A stretch of DNA of 44,795 bases from a virus. Taxonomy: Duplodnaviria; Caudoviricetes. The position numbers were made by a program, and so were the translations under genes. A model generated the notes under the pieces. It was given only the letters and a program-made list of their open reading frames with translations. It had not been told where the DNA came from and did no database searches. Below, piece by piece: positions 5,591-14,612 of the stretch; position 1 is the stretch's first letter, and the number at the start of each line of letters is the position of its first letter. The DNA lies in IMG/VR virus record IMGVR_UViG_3300050144_000021, positions 1 to 44,795 of that record; one strand, given 5' to 3'.

Positions 5591-8053
5591 ATGAATTACA
5601 TTAACTCCTTCCGCGATGCGATCGCCGCGGCAGGCCTCACACCACCAACAGAGATTATTGACGACGGTAAAAAGCACCGTTTCAGCTCAAGCGGCAAGCC
5701 ACGCGACATGTCTGGCTGGTACATCCTTCACGGCGACGACCGGCCTGCTGGCGTATTTGGCTGCTGGCGACAATCCATCACCGTCAACTGGAAGCACGAC
5801 GCTCCGCAGCGTGAGTTCACGCCAGCCGAGCGCGAGGCGTGGAAAGAGCGCATGAGGCGCCTTGAGTCCGAACGGTTGGCTGATCGCGAAGAGGCCGAGC
5901 GTCATGCTGCAAAGACGGCGGCCACGATGTGGGACGCTGGCCGCGATGACGCCGCGCACGAATACCTCACCCGTAAAAAAATACCATGCCTTGGCGCTCG
6001 CGTGCTCAAGGATATGCTGCTGGTGCCGATGAAGCACTCAGCGAAGGCTCTTGTGGGCCTGCAGCGCATCTACCCTGACGGGACAAAACTTTTCATTAAA
6101 GGTTCACCGCTGGCTGGCGCCTACTGCACCATTGGAAAACCGACAGCGTCTGGTCCTATCGTTATCGTCGAGGGCTATGCCACGGGAATCTCTGTGCACC
6201 TGGCGACGCAGTACTGCGTAGTGGTCGCGTTCAACGCCGGGAACCTCGAGGCCGTGGCGCGAAAAATACGCGCGGTACTGCCTGTTGCGGCGATCATCAT
6301 TGGTGCAGACGACGACGCGTGGACGGACGGAAACCCTGGTGTCACCAGCGCGACAGCGGCGGCTTTGGCTATCGGCGCCGTGCTCGCTGTGCCTCGCTGG
6401 TCGGGTGATCGTCCTGAAAAACGCACCGACTTCAACGACCTACATCTAGACGAAGGGTTGGAGGCTGTGGCAGAATGCTTCCGTGGCGCCATCGGGCCTA
6501 AACCAGACGGCGAGCCTAATCGGTTAGCCGCAGACCGTTTGCGGACCGCCCAGCCGGATAGTGGCGGGGAAAACTCCGGCAGCAGCTGGCATGGTGCTCC
6601 TCCTTCACCTGTTGAGGCTGTCGTTCAAGAACACGCCCCCGGCCCTGTAATCATGCAGGGAGGGGGTGGGGACGTTCAAATCCTGCCACCCATAAGCGAC
6701 CAGCTCGCGCCCGATTGCTCTGACGACGACCTGGCTGGCCGTCACCTGCAGCGCATGCAAAAAAACACGCTGTGGTGCGAGATGTGGGGACGCTGGCTGG
6801 TTTGGAACGGCGACCGCTGGCTGCGCGACGAGACCAACATGGTGCTCGACGTTGTGCGGCAGACCTGCAGGCAGTCGGCCAATGATGTGCTGTCAAACCC
6901 TGAGCTTGACTCTGGCAAGCGACAGCGTCAGGCCGACAAGATTGCCAGCTTTCGGACCATCACCAACGTGGAGCGGCTGGCCCGCACCTACCGCAGCGTG
7001 GCTACGCATCCAGACGAGTGGGACCGTGATCTGTGGGCGCTAAATACGCCCAGCGGCGTGGTTAATCTGCGCACTGGTGTCATCCGTGCGCATACGAGTG
7101 ATGACCGCTTCACCAAGATCACCGCTGTTGCGCCTGGTGGCGACTGCCCTACGTGGATGGCCTTCCTCAATCGAGCAACGGGTGGCAATGAAGAGCTGAT
7201 TGGCTTCTTGCGCCGCATGTGTGGCTATGCGTTGACCGGCGAGGTGCGCGAGCATGCGCTGTTCTTTGTGTACGGCACTGGCGGGAACGGAAAGGGAACA
7301 TTTTTAAACACCATCACCCACATCATGGGCGACTACCAGCGCGTGTCCGGCTCTGAGACCTTCACGGAGTCACCCGGCGACCGCCACACCACGGAGTTGG
7401 CTCGTCTGCAGGGCGCTCGGCTCGTTACGGCGCAGGAGACTGAGGAGGGTAAACGCTGGGCTGAGTCACGCATTAAATCGCTGACGGGCGGCGACCCGAT
7501 CACGGCGCGGTTTATGCGTCAGGACGACTTCACTTTCATCCCGCAGTTCAAACTGGTGATCGTGGGTAATCACAAGCCCAGCTTCAGGTCCGTGGACGAG
7601 GCAATCAAACGGCGGCTTCACTTGGTCCCATTTACTGCCGAGATACCTGCCAGCGAGAAAGACCCGCTGCTGGCTGACAAGCTCAAAGCGGAGGCGCCTG
7701 GCATCCTGCAATGGATGATTGATGGTTGCTTGGAGTGGGAACGCAACGGTTTAAAACCGCCACAAGTGGTCAAAGAATCGACGGAGGAATACCTTGGAGC
7801 GGAGGATTCCTTGCAGCAATGGATCGACGAATGCTGCGATGTAGGCAGTGGATTCGCCACCTCAAAAGCCCTGTTTTATTCGTGGTCGAAGTGGTGCGAT
7901 CTGTCTGGCGAGTATGTTGGGACCATGAAGCGGCTCATGGCAAAACTCGAAAGTAGGGGCATTGCGACTGGCCAGAAGTTCAAAGGAGCCCGTGGATGCA
8001 TCGGCATTAAAATTAAATCAGACGACGAGGAATATGAAAGCAACCCTTATTAA
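5591..8053 (+). CDS. Toprim primase fused to a D5/P4-type SF3 helicase
   Basis: IVEGYATG, ADDD and TDFNDL (Toprim); LNTPSGVVNLRTG (D5_N); YGTGGNGKGT Walker A; IKSLTGGDPITAR; GNHKP; AIKRR. Confidence 0.93.
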   Translation: MNYINSFRDAIAAAGLTPPTEIIDDGKKHRFSSSGKPRDMSGWYILHGDDRPAGVFGCWRQSITVNWKHDAPQREFTPAEREAWKERMRRLESERLADREEAERHAAKTAATMWDAGRDDAAHEYLTRKKIPCLGARVLKDMLLVPMKHSAKALVGLQRIYPDGTKLFIKGSPLAGAYCTIGKPTASGPIVIVEGYATGISVHLATQYCVVVAFNAGNLEAVARKIRAVLPVAAIIIGADDDAWTDGNPGVTSATAAALAIGAVLAVPRWSGDRPEKRTDFNDLHLDEGLEAVAECFRGAIGPKPDGEPNRLAADRLRTAQPDSGGENSGSSWHGAPPSPVEAVVQEHAPGPVIMQGGGGDVQILPPISDQLAPDCSDDDLAGRHLQRMQKNTLWCEMWGRWLVWNGDRWLRDETNMVLDVVRQTCRQSANDVLSNPELDSGKRQRQADKIASFRTITNVERLARTYRSVATHPDEWDRDLWALNTPSGVVNLRTGVIRAHTSDDRFTKITAVAPGGDCPTWMAFLNRATGGNEELIGFLRRMCGYALTGEVREHALFFVYGTGGNGKGTFLNTITHIMGDYQRVSGSETFTESPGDRHTTELARLQGARLVTAQETEEGKRWAESRIKSLTGGDPITARFMRQDDFTFIPQFKLVIVGNHKPSFRSVDEAIKRRLHLVPFTAEIPASEKDPLLADKLKAEAPGILQWMIDGCLEWERNGLKPPQVVKESTEEYLGAEDSLQQWIDECCDVGSGFATSKALFYSWSKWCDLSGEYVGTMKRLMAKLESRGIATGQKFKGARGCIGIKIKSDDEEYESNPY

Positions 8054-8188
8054 TCCGTCCAATCCGTCCAATCCGTCCACAAATTGCCGCATTGGCCGCA
8101 TTGGACGGGTTCTACGGTAACCCTATACACGTACGCGCGTACGTGAACAGACTATCCGAATTTGCTGTCCAATCCGTCCAACCCGTCC
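8052..8188. repeat. Iteron-like repeat array and palindrome; putative replication origin
   Basis: AAYCCGTCC at 8052, 8061, 8070, 8171 and 8180; an inverted copy at 8103-8111; perfect 18-bp palindrome CACGTACGCGCGTACGTG at 8128-8145. Confidence 0.75.
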
Positions 8189-8209
8189 TTGTTAAAATTT
8201 TTGAGTCCA

Positions 8210-8238
8210 TTGCGAAAATCACAATAATGATGTAAGAT
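8210..8238 (+). promoter_or_regulatory. Putative promoter for the methylase/packaging operon with an overlapping palindrome
   Basis: TTGCGA-N17-TAAGAT; TGCGAAAATCACA at 8211-8223. Confidence 0.55.
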
Positions 8239-8245
8239 TTGAATT

Positions 8246-9562
8246 ATGAAAAACGGAATTCTTAAAACCATCGCTGTTGCATCACTCGTCCCGTATGAGC
8301 GAAACGCACGCACGCACTCGTCCTCGCAAGTCGAGCAGATCTGCCGATCGATGAAGGAGTACGGGTTCACGAACCCATTGCTGGTGGACGACCAGAACCG
8401 CATCATTGCCGGCCACGGACGCCTGCAGGCTGCCTTGGCGCTGCGTTTGACCGAGGTCCCTTGCATGGTGCTGTCCGGCCTCACGGACACGCAACGCCGG
8501 GCTCTGGTGCTGGCCGACAACAAGATCGCGCTGAACTCCGGCTGGGACAACGACCTGCTCACTGCCGAGCTGGCTGAGTTGAAGCTCGAGGGCTACGACC
8601 TCACGCTGACCGGCTTCTCGCTGGAGGAGGTCGATGCACTCACCCCGACGCTAGAGCCCGAGAAAGACCCCGACGACGCGCCTGACGTGCCTGCTGAACC
8701 CAAGACCAAGCCCGGCGATGTGTACATCCTTGGACCGCACCGATTGGTCTGCGGCGACTCTACGTCGATGGACAACATGGATAAACTCATGCGCGGCGAG
8801 CTGGCCGACGCCTGCTGGACTGACCCGCCGTACAACGTGGCCTACGAGACCAAGGCTGGGAAAATTGCCAACGACGACCTGAACGACAACGAGTTCCGCG
8901 ACTTCCTGTCTGGTGCTTACGGCTGCGCATTTGCGGCCATGAAGCCCGGCGCTGCGATCTACGTCGCCCATGCCGACACCGAAGGCCTGAACTTCCGCGC
9001 TACGTTCCGTGCGGCTGGCTTCAAGCTGTCGGGCTGCTTGGTCTGGCGCAAGGACTCGCTTGTGCTTGGCCGCTCGGACTACCAGTGGCAGCACGAGCCC
9101 ATCCTGTACGGCTGGAAGCCTGGCAGCGCACACCGTTGGTACGGCGGTCGCAAGCTCACGACCATGATCGACCTGGATCAAGACCGTATGCCGTTCAAAC
9201 GCCGCGACGATGGTCGCTACGAGCTGCGCATGGGTGACGTGACATTCGTGGTCGACGGCGCTGCAACCATCGAGGAGGTGGTGCCATCGATCATCAACGA
9301 GCCAAAACCGAAGCGCTCCGACGGCCACCCAACCATGAAACCTGTGGCGTTGATCGAGCGCATGCTGCGCAACTCCGCACGTCCTGGCGACATCGTCCTC
9401 GACCTGTTTGGTGGCTCTGGTTCCACGCTCATGGCTGCTGAACGACTTGGCATGTGCGCACGGCTGTCTGAGCTCGACCCCGGTTACTGCGATGTGATCG
9501 TGCAGCGCTACGAGACCTACACGGGTCGCAAGGCTGTACTGGAGCGTGCTGATGGTGGGTAG
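8246..9562 (+). CDS. ParB-N domain fused to an N4/N6 DNA methyltransferase
   Basis: N-terminal PYERNARTH...IIAGHGRLQAA...LADNK; catalytic TDPPY before HPTMKPV and DLFGGSGS (beta-class order). Confidence 0.93.
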   Translation: MKNGILKTIAVASLVPYERNARTHSSSQVEQICRSMKEYGFTNPLLVDDQNRIIAGHGRLQAALALRLTEVPCMVLSGLTDTQRRALVLADNKIALNSGWDNDLLTAELAELKLEGYDLTLTGFSLEEVDALTPTLEPEKDPDDAPDVPAEPKTKPGDVYILGPHRLVCGDSTSMDNMDKLMRGELADACWTDPPYNVAYETKAGKIANDDLNDNEFRDFLSGAYGCAFAAMKPGAAIYVAHADTEGLNFRATFRAAGFKLSGCLVWRKDSLVLGRSDYQWQHEPILYGWKPGSAHRWYGGRKLTTMIDLDQDRMPFKRRDDGRYELRMGDVTFVVDGAATIEEVVPSIINEPKPKRSDGHPTMKPVALIERMLRNSARPGDIVLDLFGGSGSTLMAAERLGMCARLSELDPGYCDVIVQRYETYTGRKAVLERADGG

Positions 9563-10034
9563 AAGACCCCTCCCCCCTGAGCTAAAGGCTCCGCGCAAGT
9601 CGCGAGCCAAGCCTGACCATCTGCTGATGCAAAAGCGCGGCGCTGGTGGCGCGCGTGCTGGTGCTGGGCGTCCTGCCATGGAGTTCACGGTCGAGGAGCG
9701 CCGGCAGGTCGAACTGTTGGCTGGCCTCGGCCTTCCCCTGCGCGACATTTCGATGTTGGTGCGCGACGGCATCAACCACAAGACCCTCGCGGATCATTTC
9801 GAGATGGAGCTGCAGCGCGGCGTCGCTCGTGCCAACGCCCGCGTGTCTCAGACGCTGTTCGAGAAGGCGACGAAGGACAAGGACACCACGGCCATGATCT
9901 GGTGGACCAAGGCGCGGATGCAGTGGAGGGAGCGCCACGAGCTTACGGGTGCCAATGGCGGCCCAATCAAGCAGGAGCAGCTGATCACGCTCGAGCCGTC
10001 CGAGGCGTACAAGCGAATGCTGGGTGTTTCGTGA
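9552..10034 (+). CDS. Putative terminase small subunit
   Basis: Directly upstream of TerL; GGARAGAGRP, HTH-like segment, AMIWWTK, ELTGANGGPI. Confidence 0.75.
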   Translation: MVGRRPLPPELKAPRKSRAKPDHLLMQKRGAGGARAGAGRPAMEFTVEERRQVELLAGLGLPLRDISMLVRDGINHKTLADHFEMELQRGVARANARVSQTLFEKATKDKDTTAMIWWTKARMQWRERHELTGANGGPIKQEQLITLEPSEAYKRMLGVS

Positions 10035-11527
10035 TTGAGCTGGACTGGAAGCACCCCAACTACGCCCCTGTGTGGCTGGAGCGCGTGGCGCGGCTAGAGC
10101 GCATCCGCAAGGACCCGTCATTGCTTCCCGGCTGCTTGGCCTTCTACTCCGACCACCCTGTTGAGTTCATTTCTGACTGGCTCTGCACGTTCGACCCCAG
10201 AAACGTAGAGCGTGGCATCGAGGCGGTGACGCCGTTCCTGTTGTTCCCAAAGCAGGCCGACTATGTCGAGTGGGTCGTGGCTCGCTGGCGTGGCCGTGAG
10301 GATGGCGTTGTCGAGAAGTCTCGCGACATGGGTGTGTCTTGGCTCTGTGTGGCGATCGCCACGTGGATGTGGCTGTTCCACCCTGGTGTAGTGGTGGGCT
10401 TTGGCTCGCGCAAAGAGGCGTATGTGGACGACCTTGGCAATCCTGCCAGCTTGTTCTGGAAAATCCGCGAGACGATAAAGCTGCTCCCGCGCGAGTTCGT
10501 GCCTGCTGGGTTCGACATGCGGGCGCACGCCCCGTCCATGAAAATCATCAACCCAATCAACGGATCGACGATCATCGGCGAAGCTGGCGACAACATCGGC
10601 AGGGGAAACCGCACATCGATCTACTTCGTGGACGAGTCGGCCTTCCTTGAGCGGCAGGAGTCTGTGGCGGCTGCGCTGTCGCAAACCTCAAACTGCAAGC
10701 TGCACGTCAGCACCCCGAACGGCGCAGGTAACGTGTTCTATCGCATGCGGCACTCTGGTCGCGTGCCCGTGTTTGTGTTCGACTGGCGTGACGACCCGCG
10801 CAAAGACCAGTCTTGGTACGAGCGTCAGGTGGCCACGCTTGACCCTGTGATTGTGGCGCAGGAGATCGACCGAGACTACTCCGCGTCGGTTGCGAACTCG
10901 TGGATTGCTGGCGTGCATGTGCGCGAGTGCATGTCCAAAGGCCCAGCCGACGTGCAAGCCATCGGCCCGCTGCAGTGCGGCGTTGACGTGGCGCGCTTCG
11001 GCGACGACAAGTCCGTGATCACATTCCGCAAGGGGCGGCTGGTCTACCCGCAGATAGTGTTCGGCCAGTGCGACGTGGTGGACGTGGCTGGTCGCGTAAA
11101 GCAGGCCATCCTCGAGTTCCCAGAGCCCGTGGCGCAGATTGCTGTTGACACGATTGGTATTGGCTCAGGTGTAGCGGACATGCTGCGACGTGATTTCCGT
11201 GGCAAGGTTGTCGATGTGAATGCCTCTATTCGTTTATCCGATGGACAAAACTACAACATGCGGGCTAGAATGTGGCGTGATATGCGCGAATTCTTGAAAA
11301 ACGGGGCATCATTACCAAACGAGCCCGACCTGGCGACTGACCTTACCGCGTTGCAGTACGAGTTTCGCGGAGGAGAGTTGCTGATGGAAGCCAAGGACAA
11401 CGCCAAGAAGCGCGGCATCAAGTCCCCGGACCGTGCCGATTCATTGGCTTTGACCTTTGCCATCCCGGTTCGCGACTATGCATCGGATCATCAAACTAGC
11501 GCGGTCACTGACTACGCAATTTTTTAA
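10031..11527 (+). CDS. terL: Terminase large subunit
   Basis: EKSRDMGVSW Walker A, YFVDES Walker B, STPNG, GVDVARFGDD, SPDRADSLAL nuclease motifs. Confidence 0.92.
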   Translation: MIELDWKHPNYAPVWLERVARLERIRKDPSLLPGCLAFYSDHPVEFISDWLCTFDPRNVERGIEAVTPFLLFPKQADYVEWVVARWRGREDGVVEKSRDMGVSWLCVAIATWMWLFHPGVVVGFGSRKEAYVDDLGNPASLFWKIRETIKLLPREFVPAGFDMRAHAPSMKIINPINGSTIIGEAGDNIGRGNRTSIYFVDESAFLERQESVAAALSQTSNCKLHVSTPNGAGNVFYRMRHSGRVPVFVFDWRDDPRKDQSWYERQVATLDPVIVAQEIDRDYSASVANSWIAGVHVRECMSKGPADVQAIGPLQCGVDVARFGDDKSVITFRKGRLVYPQIVFGQCDVVDVAGRVKQAILEFPEPVAQIAVDTIGIGSGVADMLRRDFRGKVVDVNASIRLSDGQNYNMRARMWRDMREFLKNGASLPNEPDLATDLTALQYEFRGGELLMEAKDNAKKRGIKSPDRADSLALTFAIPVRDYASDHQTSAVTDYAIF

Positions 11528-11536
11528 AGGTATGAC

Positions 11537-11755
11537 ATGACGTCACTTTTCAGCGGACCTAAAACAACCACGCTTCCTCCACCAACCGTGCAGGAGGTGA
11601 AGGTTCCCGTAGTCGACCAGACTCAGGTTGACCGCAACTCTGCCGACCTCATTCGCCGCCGACGTGGTACCGCAGCCACCATTGGCTCTGGCTCTGATGG
11701 CAGCACGGCTGGCTCTGTCAACTCCGTGGCGGCCAAAGCATTACTGGGGAGCTAG
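11537..11755 (+). CDS. Small virion-associated protein preceding the portal
   Basis: LFSGPK...RRRRG...LLG pattern and position typical of podovirus pre-portal genes. Confidence 0.7.
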   Translation: MTSLFSGPKTTTLPPPTVQEVKVPVVDQTQVDRNSADLIRRRRGTAATIGSGSDGSTAGSVNSVAAKALLGS

Positions 11756-11758
11756 GCT

Positions 11759-13411
11759 ATGGCTGATTCGCGCGCCGACGAACTACTGACCATGCACGCC
11801 CGCATGGTCACCCAACGAAACACATTCGAGAAGGTGTGGTCTGAAATTGACGATCGCATCAACCCAAGCGACCAGCGTTTCGGCGACTCCGCTGTCAACG
11901 CTCCAAAGGGTCAGCAAAAAATCGAAAAGGTATTCGACGCCACGCCTGGCTTGGCTCTTGACCGTTTTAAGTCGGCCATCCATTCGCTGGTGACACCGAG
12001 GAACCAAACGTGGGCGAAGGTTAAGCCTATCGACGAGGACTTGTCCGAAGACGTGGAGGTCATCCGCTATTGCGAGGAAGTCAACCGCCGCCTGTTCTCT
12101 GCTCGTTATGGAGCGAACTTCGACACTGAGATTCAGGGGTGCTACTACAACTCTGGCAAGTATGGCTCGATGGGAATCTACACTGGCGAGCGGGTCGGTA
12201 AGGGTTTGTTCTATCGTGGCATCCCAATCAAGCAGCTGTTCTTCGCTGAGAACGAGTTTGGTGAGGTTGATTTGGTTCACCGCGACTGGATGTGGTCTGC
12301 TCGTCAGGCTCACCAGCGGTGGGGCGACAAACTGCCGCGCGTCATTCGTGAGGCTGCTGAGAAGCGGCCCGACCAAGAGTTCCGTTTCCTGCACTGCGTC
12401 AAACCACGCGGCGACATTGACGTGACCCGTTCGGACATGCGCGGTATGGCGTTCGTGTCGTACTACGTGGCCTTTGAGTCCCGTGAGATCATTGAGGAGC
12501 GCGGTTTCCGCACGTTCCCGTATGCCGTTGGCCGCTACGACCTAAACCCTGGTGAAATCTACGGACGCTCACCGTGCATGACCATCCTTCCGGACGTGAA
12601 GATGCTTAACGAGATGAACCGCACAACGATCCAAGCGGCTCAATTGTCTGTGCTGCCACCGTTGCTTACGGCGCGTGACGGCATCCTTGACGCTGTGCGC
12701 ATGACGCCTGCTGCGATAAACAAGGGCGGCATCGACGACCAAGGCCGCCCAACGATTGTGCCTCTGCAAACGGGCGGCAAGATCGAGCTTGGTTTGGAGA
12801 TGATGAATCAGAAGCGCTCCGTCATCAACGACGCTCTGCTGCAGACCTTGTTCCAGATTCTGGTTGATAAGCCCAACATCACGGCCACCGAGGCCATGCT
12901 GCGCGCGCAGGAGAAGGGTCAGCTCATCGGCCCCACTGGTTCGCGCATCGAGTCAGAGCTACTCACCCGCATGATGGTGCGCGAGCTTGACATCATGGCG
13001 ATGGCAAACCAATTGCCTGAGATGCCCAAGAAGCTGCTAGACCGTGGTGGCATGTACGCCATCGAGTTCGATAGCCCGCTGTCTCGGATGCGCGAGTCCG
13101 AGAACGGCGTCGGCATCCTGCGAACATTCGAGCAGCTCGCTCCCGTGGCGCAGGTGGCTGGTCCGTCGGTGTTTAAGCGCTTCAACATGGATAAGGTGTC
13201 CAAAGAGCTGGCGCGCCTGAACGGCATGCCTGCCAAGGTTATGTACACCGACGACGAGATGGAAGAGATCAACGCTGCAGAAGCTGAGCAGGCTCAGATG
13301 CAGCAAATACTGCAGGCTGCACCAGTGGCGGCCTCGGCAGCAAAAGACCTCGCCCAAGCCAGCGCATTTGCAACGTCGCAGCCAAACACACCCAGCGCGA
13401 TCATGCCGTGA
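11759..13411 (+). CDS. Portal (head-tail connector, T7 gp8-like)
   Basis: 550 aa; FPYAVGRY...GEIYGRSP...LPDVKMLN, ITATEAMLRAQEK. Confidence 0.92.
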   Translation: MADSRADELLTMHARMVTQRNTFEKVWSEIDDRINPSDQRFGDSAVNAPKGQQKIEKVFDATPGLALDRFKSAIHSLVTPRNQTWAKVKPIDEDLSEDVEVIRYCEEVNRRLFSARYGANFDTEIQGCYYNSGKYGSMGIYTGERVGKGLFYRGIPIKQLFFAENEFGEVDLVHRDWMWSARQAHQRWGDKLPRVIREAAEKRPDQEFRFLHCVKPRGDIDVTRSDMRGMAFVSYYVAFESREIIEERGFRTFPYAVGRYDLNPGEIYGRSPCMTILPDVKMLNEMNRTTIQAAQLSVLPPLLTARDGILDAVRMTPAAINKGGIDDQGRPTIVPLQTGGKIELGLEMMNQKRSVINDALLQTLFQILVDKPNITATEAMLRAQEKGQLIGPTGSRIESELLTRMMVRELDIMAMANQLPEMPKKLLDRGGMYAIEFDSPLSRMRESENGVGILRTFEQLAPVAQVAGPSVFKRFNMDKVSKELARLNGMPAKVMYTDDEMEEINAAEAEQAQMQQILQAAPVAASAAKDLAQASAFATSQPNTPSAIMP

Positions 13412-13431
13412 AGTGATGCGATAATCTCATT

Positions 13432-13716
13432 ATGAAATCTGAATATTTGCGATGGTGGAACGTGCGCGAGGCCTACCGTGCTGTGTTCCAAAGGGCTAAG
13501 CCAAAGCGCGATCACATCAACACGCTGATGGCAGACCTCGCTGAGTTCTGCCGTGCCAACACATCCTGTGTGGTGGTGGGCAAGGATGGGCACATTGACA
13601 CTCACGCGACTGCTTTGGTGGAAGGGCGGCGCGAGGTGTTCCTAAGAATTCAGGCGACTCTGAATATCACCGATGAGCAACTTTTACAAATGAAAGGACT
13701 AGAAGATGACAACTGA
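13432..13716 (+). CDS. Bbp19-like head-associated protein
   Basis: YRAVF...LMADLAEFC...TALVEGRREVFLRI; lies between portal and scaffold. Confidence 0.75.
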   Translation: MKSEYLRWWNVREAYRAVFQRAKPKRDHINTLMADLAEFCRANTSCVVVGKDGHIDTHATALVEGRREVFLRIQATLNITDEQLLQMKGLEDDN

Positions 13717-14452
13717 CAACACTACCGCGGCTCCTACCCCGGCACCCGCACCCGCTCCTGCGCCTGCCCCATCTGCGGCGCCCGTTACTGCGGCCTCTGC
13801 GCTTATGGCTGATCCTGCTGCTGCAGCGGCGGCAGCTGCTACGCCTGCGCCAGCCGACCCTGCGCCGCCCGCTGATCCTGCAGCGCCGGCCACCTTGGTT
13901 ATGCCTGGCAAGGACGCAACGCCAGAGCAGTGGTCCGAGTTCTATGCCGCTATCGGTCGTCCTGAGACACCAGAGGCCTACGAGCTGCCTGTGCCCGAAG
14001 GCGACACTGGCGAGTTTGCCAAAGAGATGGCGCCTATCCTGCACAAGCACGGCATCACCGCTGATCAAGCGAAGGGCCTTGCTGCAGACTGGAATGCCAT
14101 GATGGCGAAGCAGTCAGAAGCCATGGCGGCTGCCGACGCTGCACACGCGCAAGCCATGAACACAAAGAACACCGCCGAGGCTCAATCCCTAAAGAATGAA
14201 TGGGGACCGGCGCACACCGAGAACATGGAGCTTGCTCGTCGTGCTATCCGGCAGTTCATTCCAACTGAAAAAGCGGGGCCAACCATTGCGGCCATAGAGT
14301 CCGCGCTTGGCTACAAGGGCACAATCCAGCTCCTGCACAGCATTGGCAAAGGGCTAGGCGAGGCCGATGCTGCAGGCCTTGGAAACAATAACGCGGGCGT
14401 GGCCGTTAAGCCGTTGGCCGAGCGTTTGTGGCCGTCTGCTGTGCCGGCCTAA
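13706..14452 (+). CDS. Capsid scaffolding protein
   Basis: Pro/Ala-rich N-terminus, GRPETPEAYEL, LKNEWG; immediately before the capsid gene. Confidence 0.8.
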   Translation: MTTDNTTAAPTPAPAPAPAPAPSAAPVTAASALMADPAAAAAAAATPAPADPAPPADPAAPATLVMPGKDATPEQWSEFYAAIGRPETPEAYELPVPEGDTGEFAKEMAPILHKHGITADQAKGLAADWNAMMAKQSEAMAAADAAHAQAMNTKNTAEAQSLKNEWGPAHTENMELARRAIRQFIPTEKAGPTIAAIESALGYKGTIQLLHSIGKGLGEADAAGLGNNNAGVAVKPLAERLWPSAVPA

Positions 14453-14461
14453 CGTTGTTTG

Positions 14462-14546
14462 TTGCGCAAACACTACAACCCCGTGATAATTTCTAAATAT
14501 TTTTTTTCACTGTTGTATTGTCGCCACGCGCAATTTCCGATACACT
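14462..14546 (+). promoter_or_regulatory. Two tandem sigma70-type promoters before the major capsid gene
   Basis: TTGCGC-N17-GATAAT (14462-14490) and TTGTCG-N17-TACACT (14518-14546). Confidence 0.55.
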
Positions 14547-14612
14547 CGCGTCTGATTGATGTGGTTTCTGCACCGCTCAAGTGACCCCCGTAACATTTCC
14601 CGGAGCTAAATA

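Noticed and set aside
6664-6691. GTTCAAATCC as part of a tRNA or attP
   Set aside because: The T-stem does not pair properly, there is no D or anticodon arm and no integrase; kept only as part of the hairpin-rich linker.
8052-8188. Short repeats as a CRISPR array
   Set aside because: The units are 9 bp, tandem and without unique spacers; no cas genes.
8651-9781. 376-aa minus-strand ORF and other long antisense ORFs (e.g. 4133-4810, 28405-29247, 31531-32319)
   Set aside because: Shadow frames opposite well-supported genes in GC-rich DNA, with no recognisable motifs.
13730-13890. GC-rich repeats at the start of the scaffold gene
   Set aside because: They encode a Pro/Ala low-complexity tail that is ordinary for scaffolding proteins.
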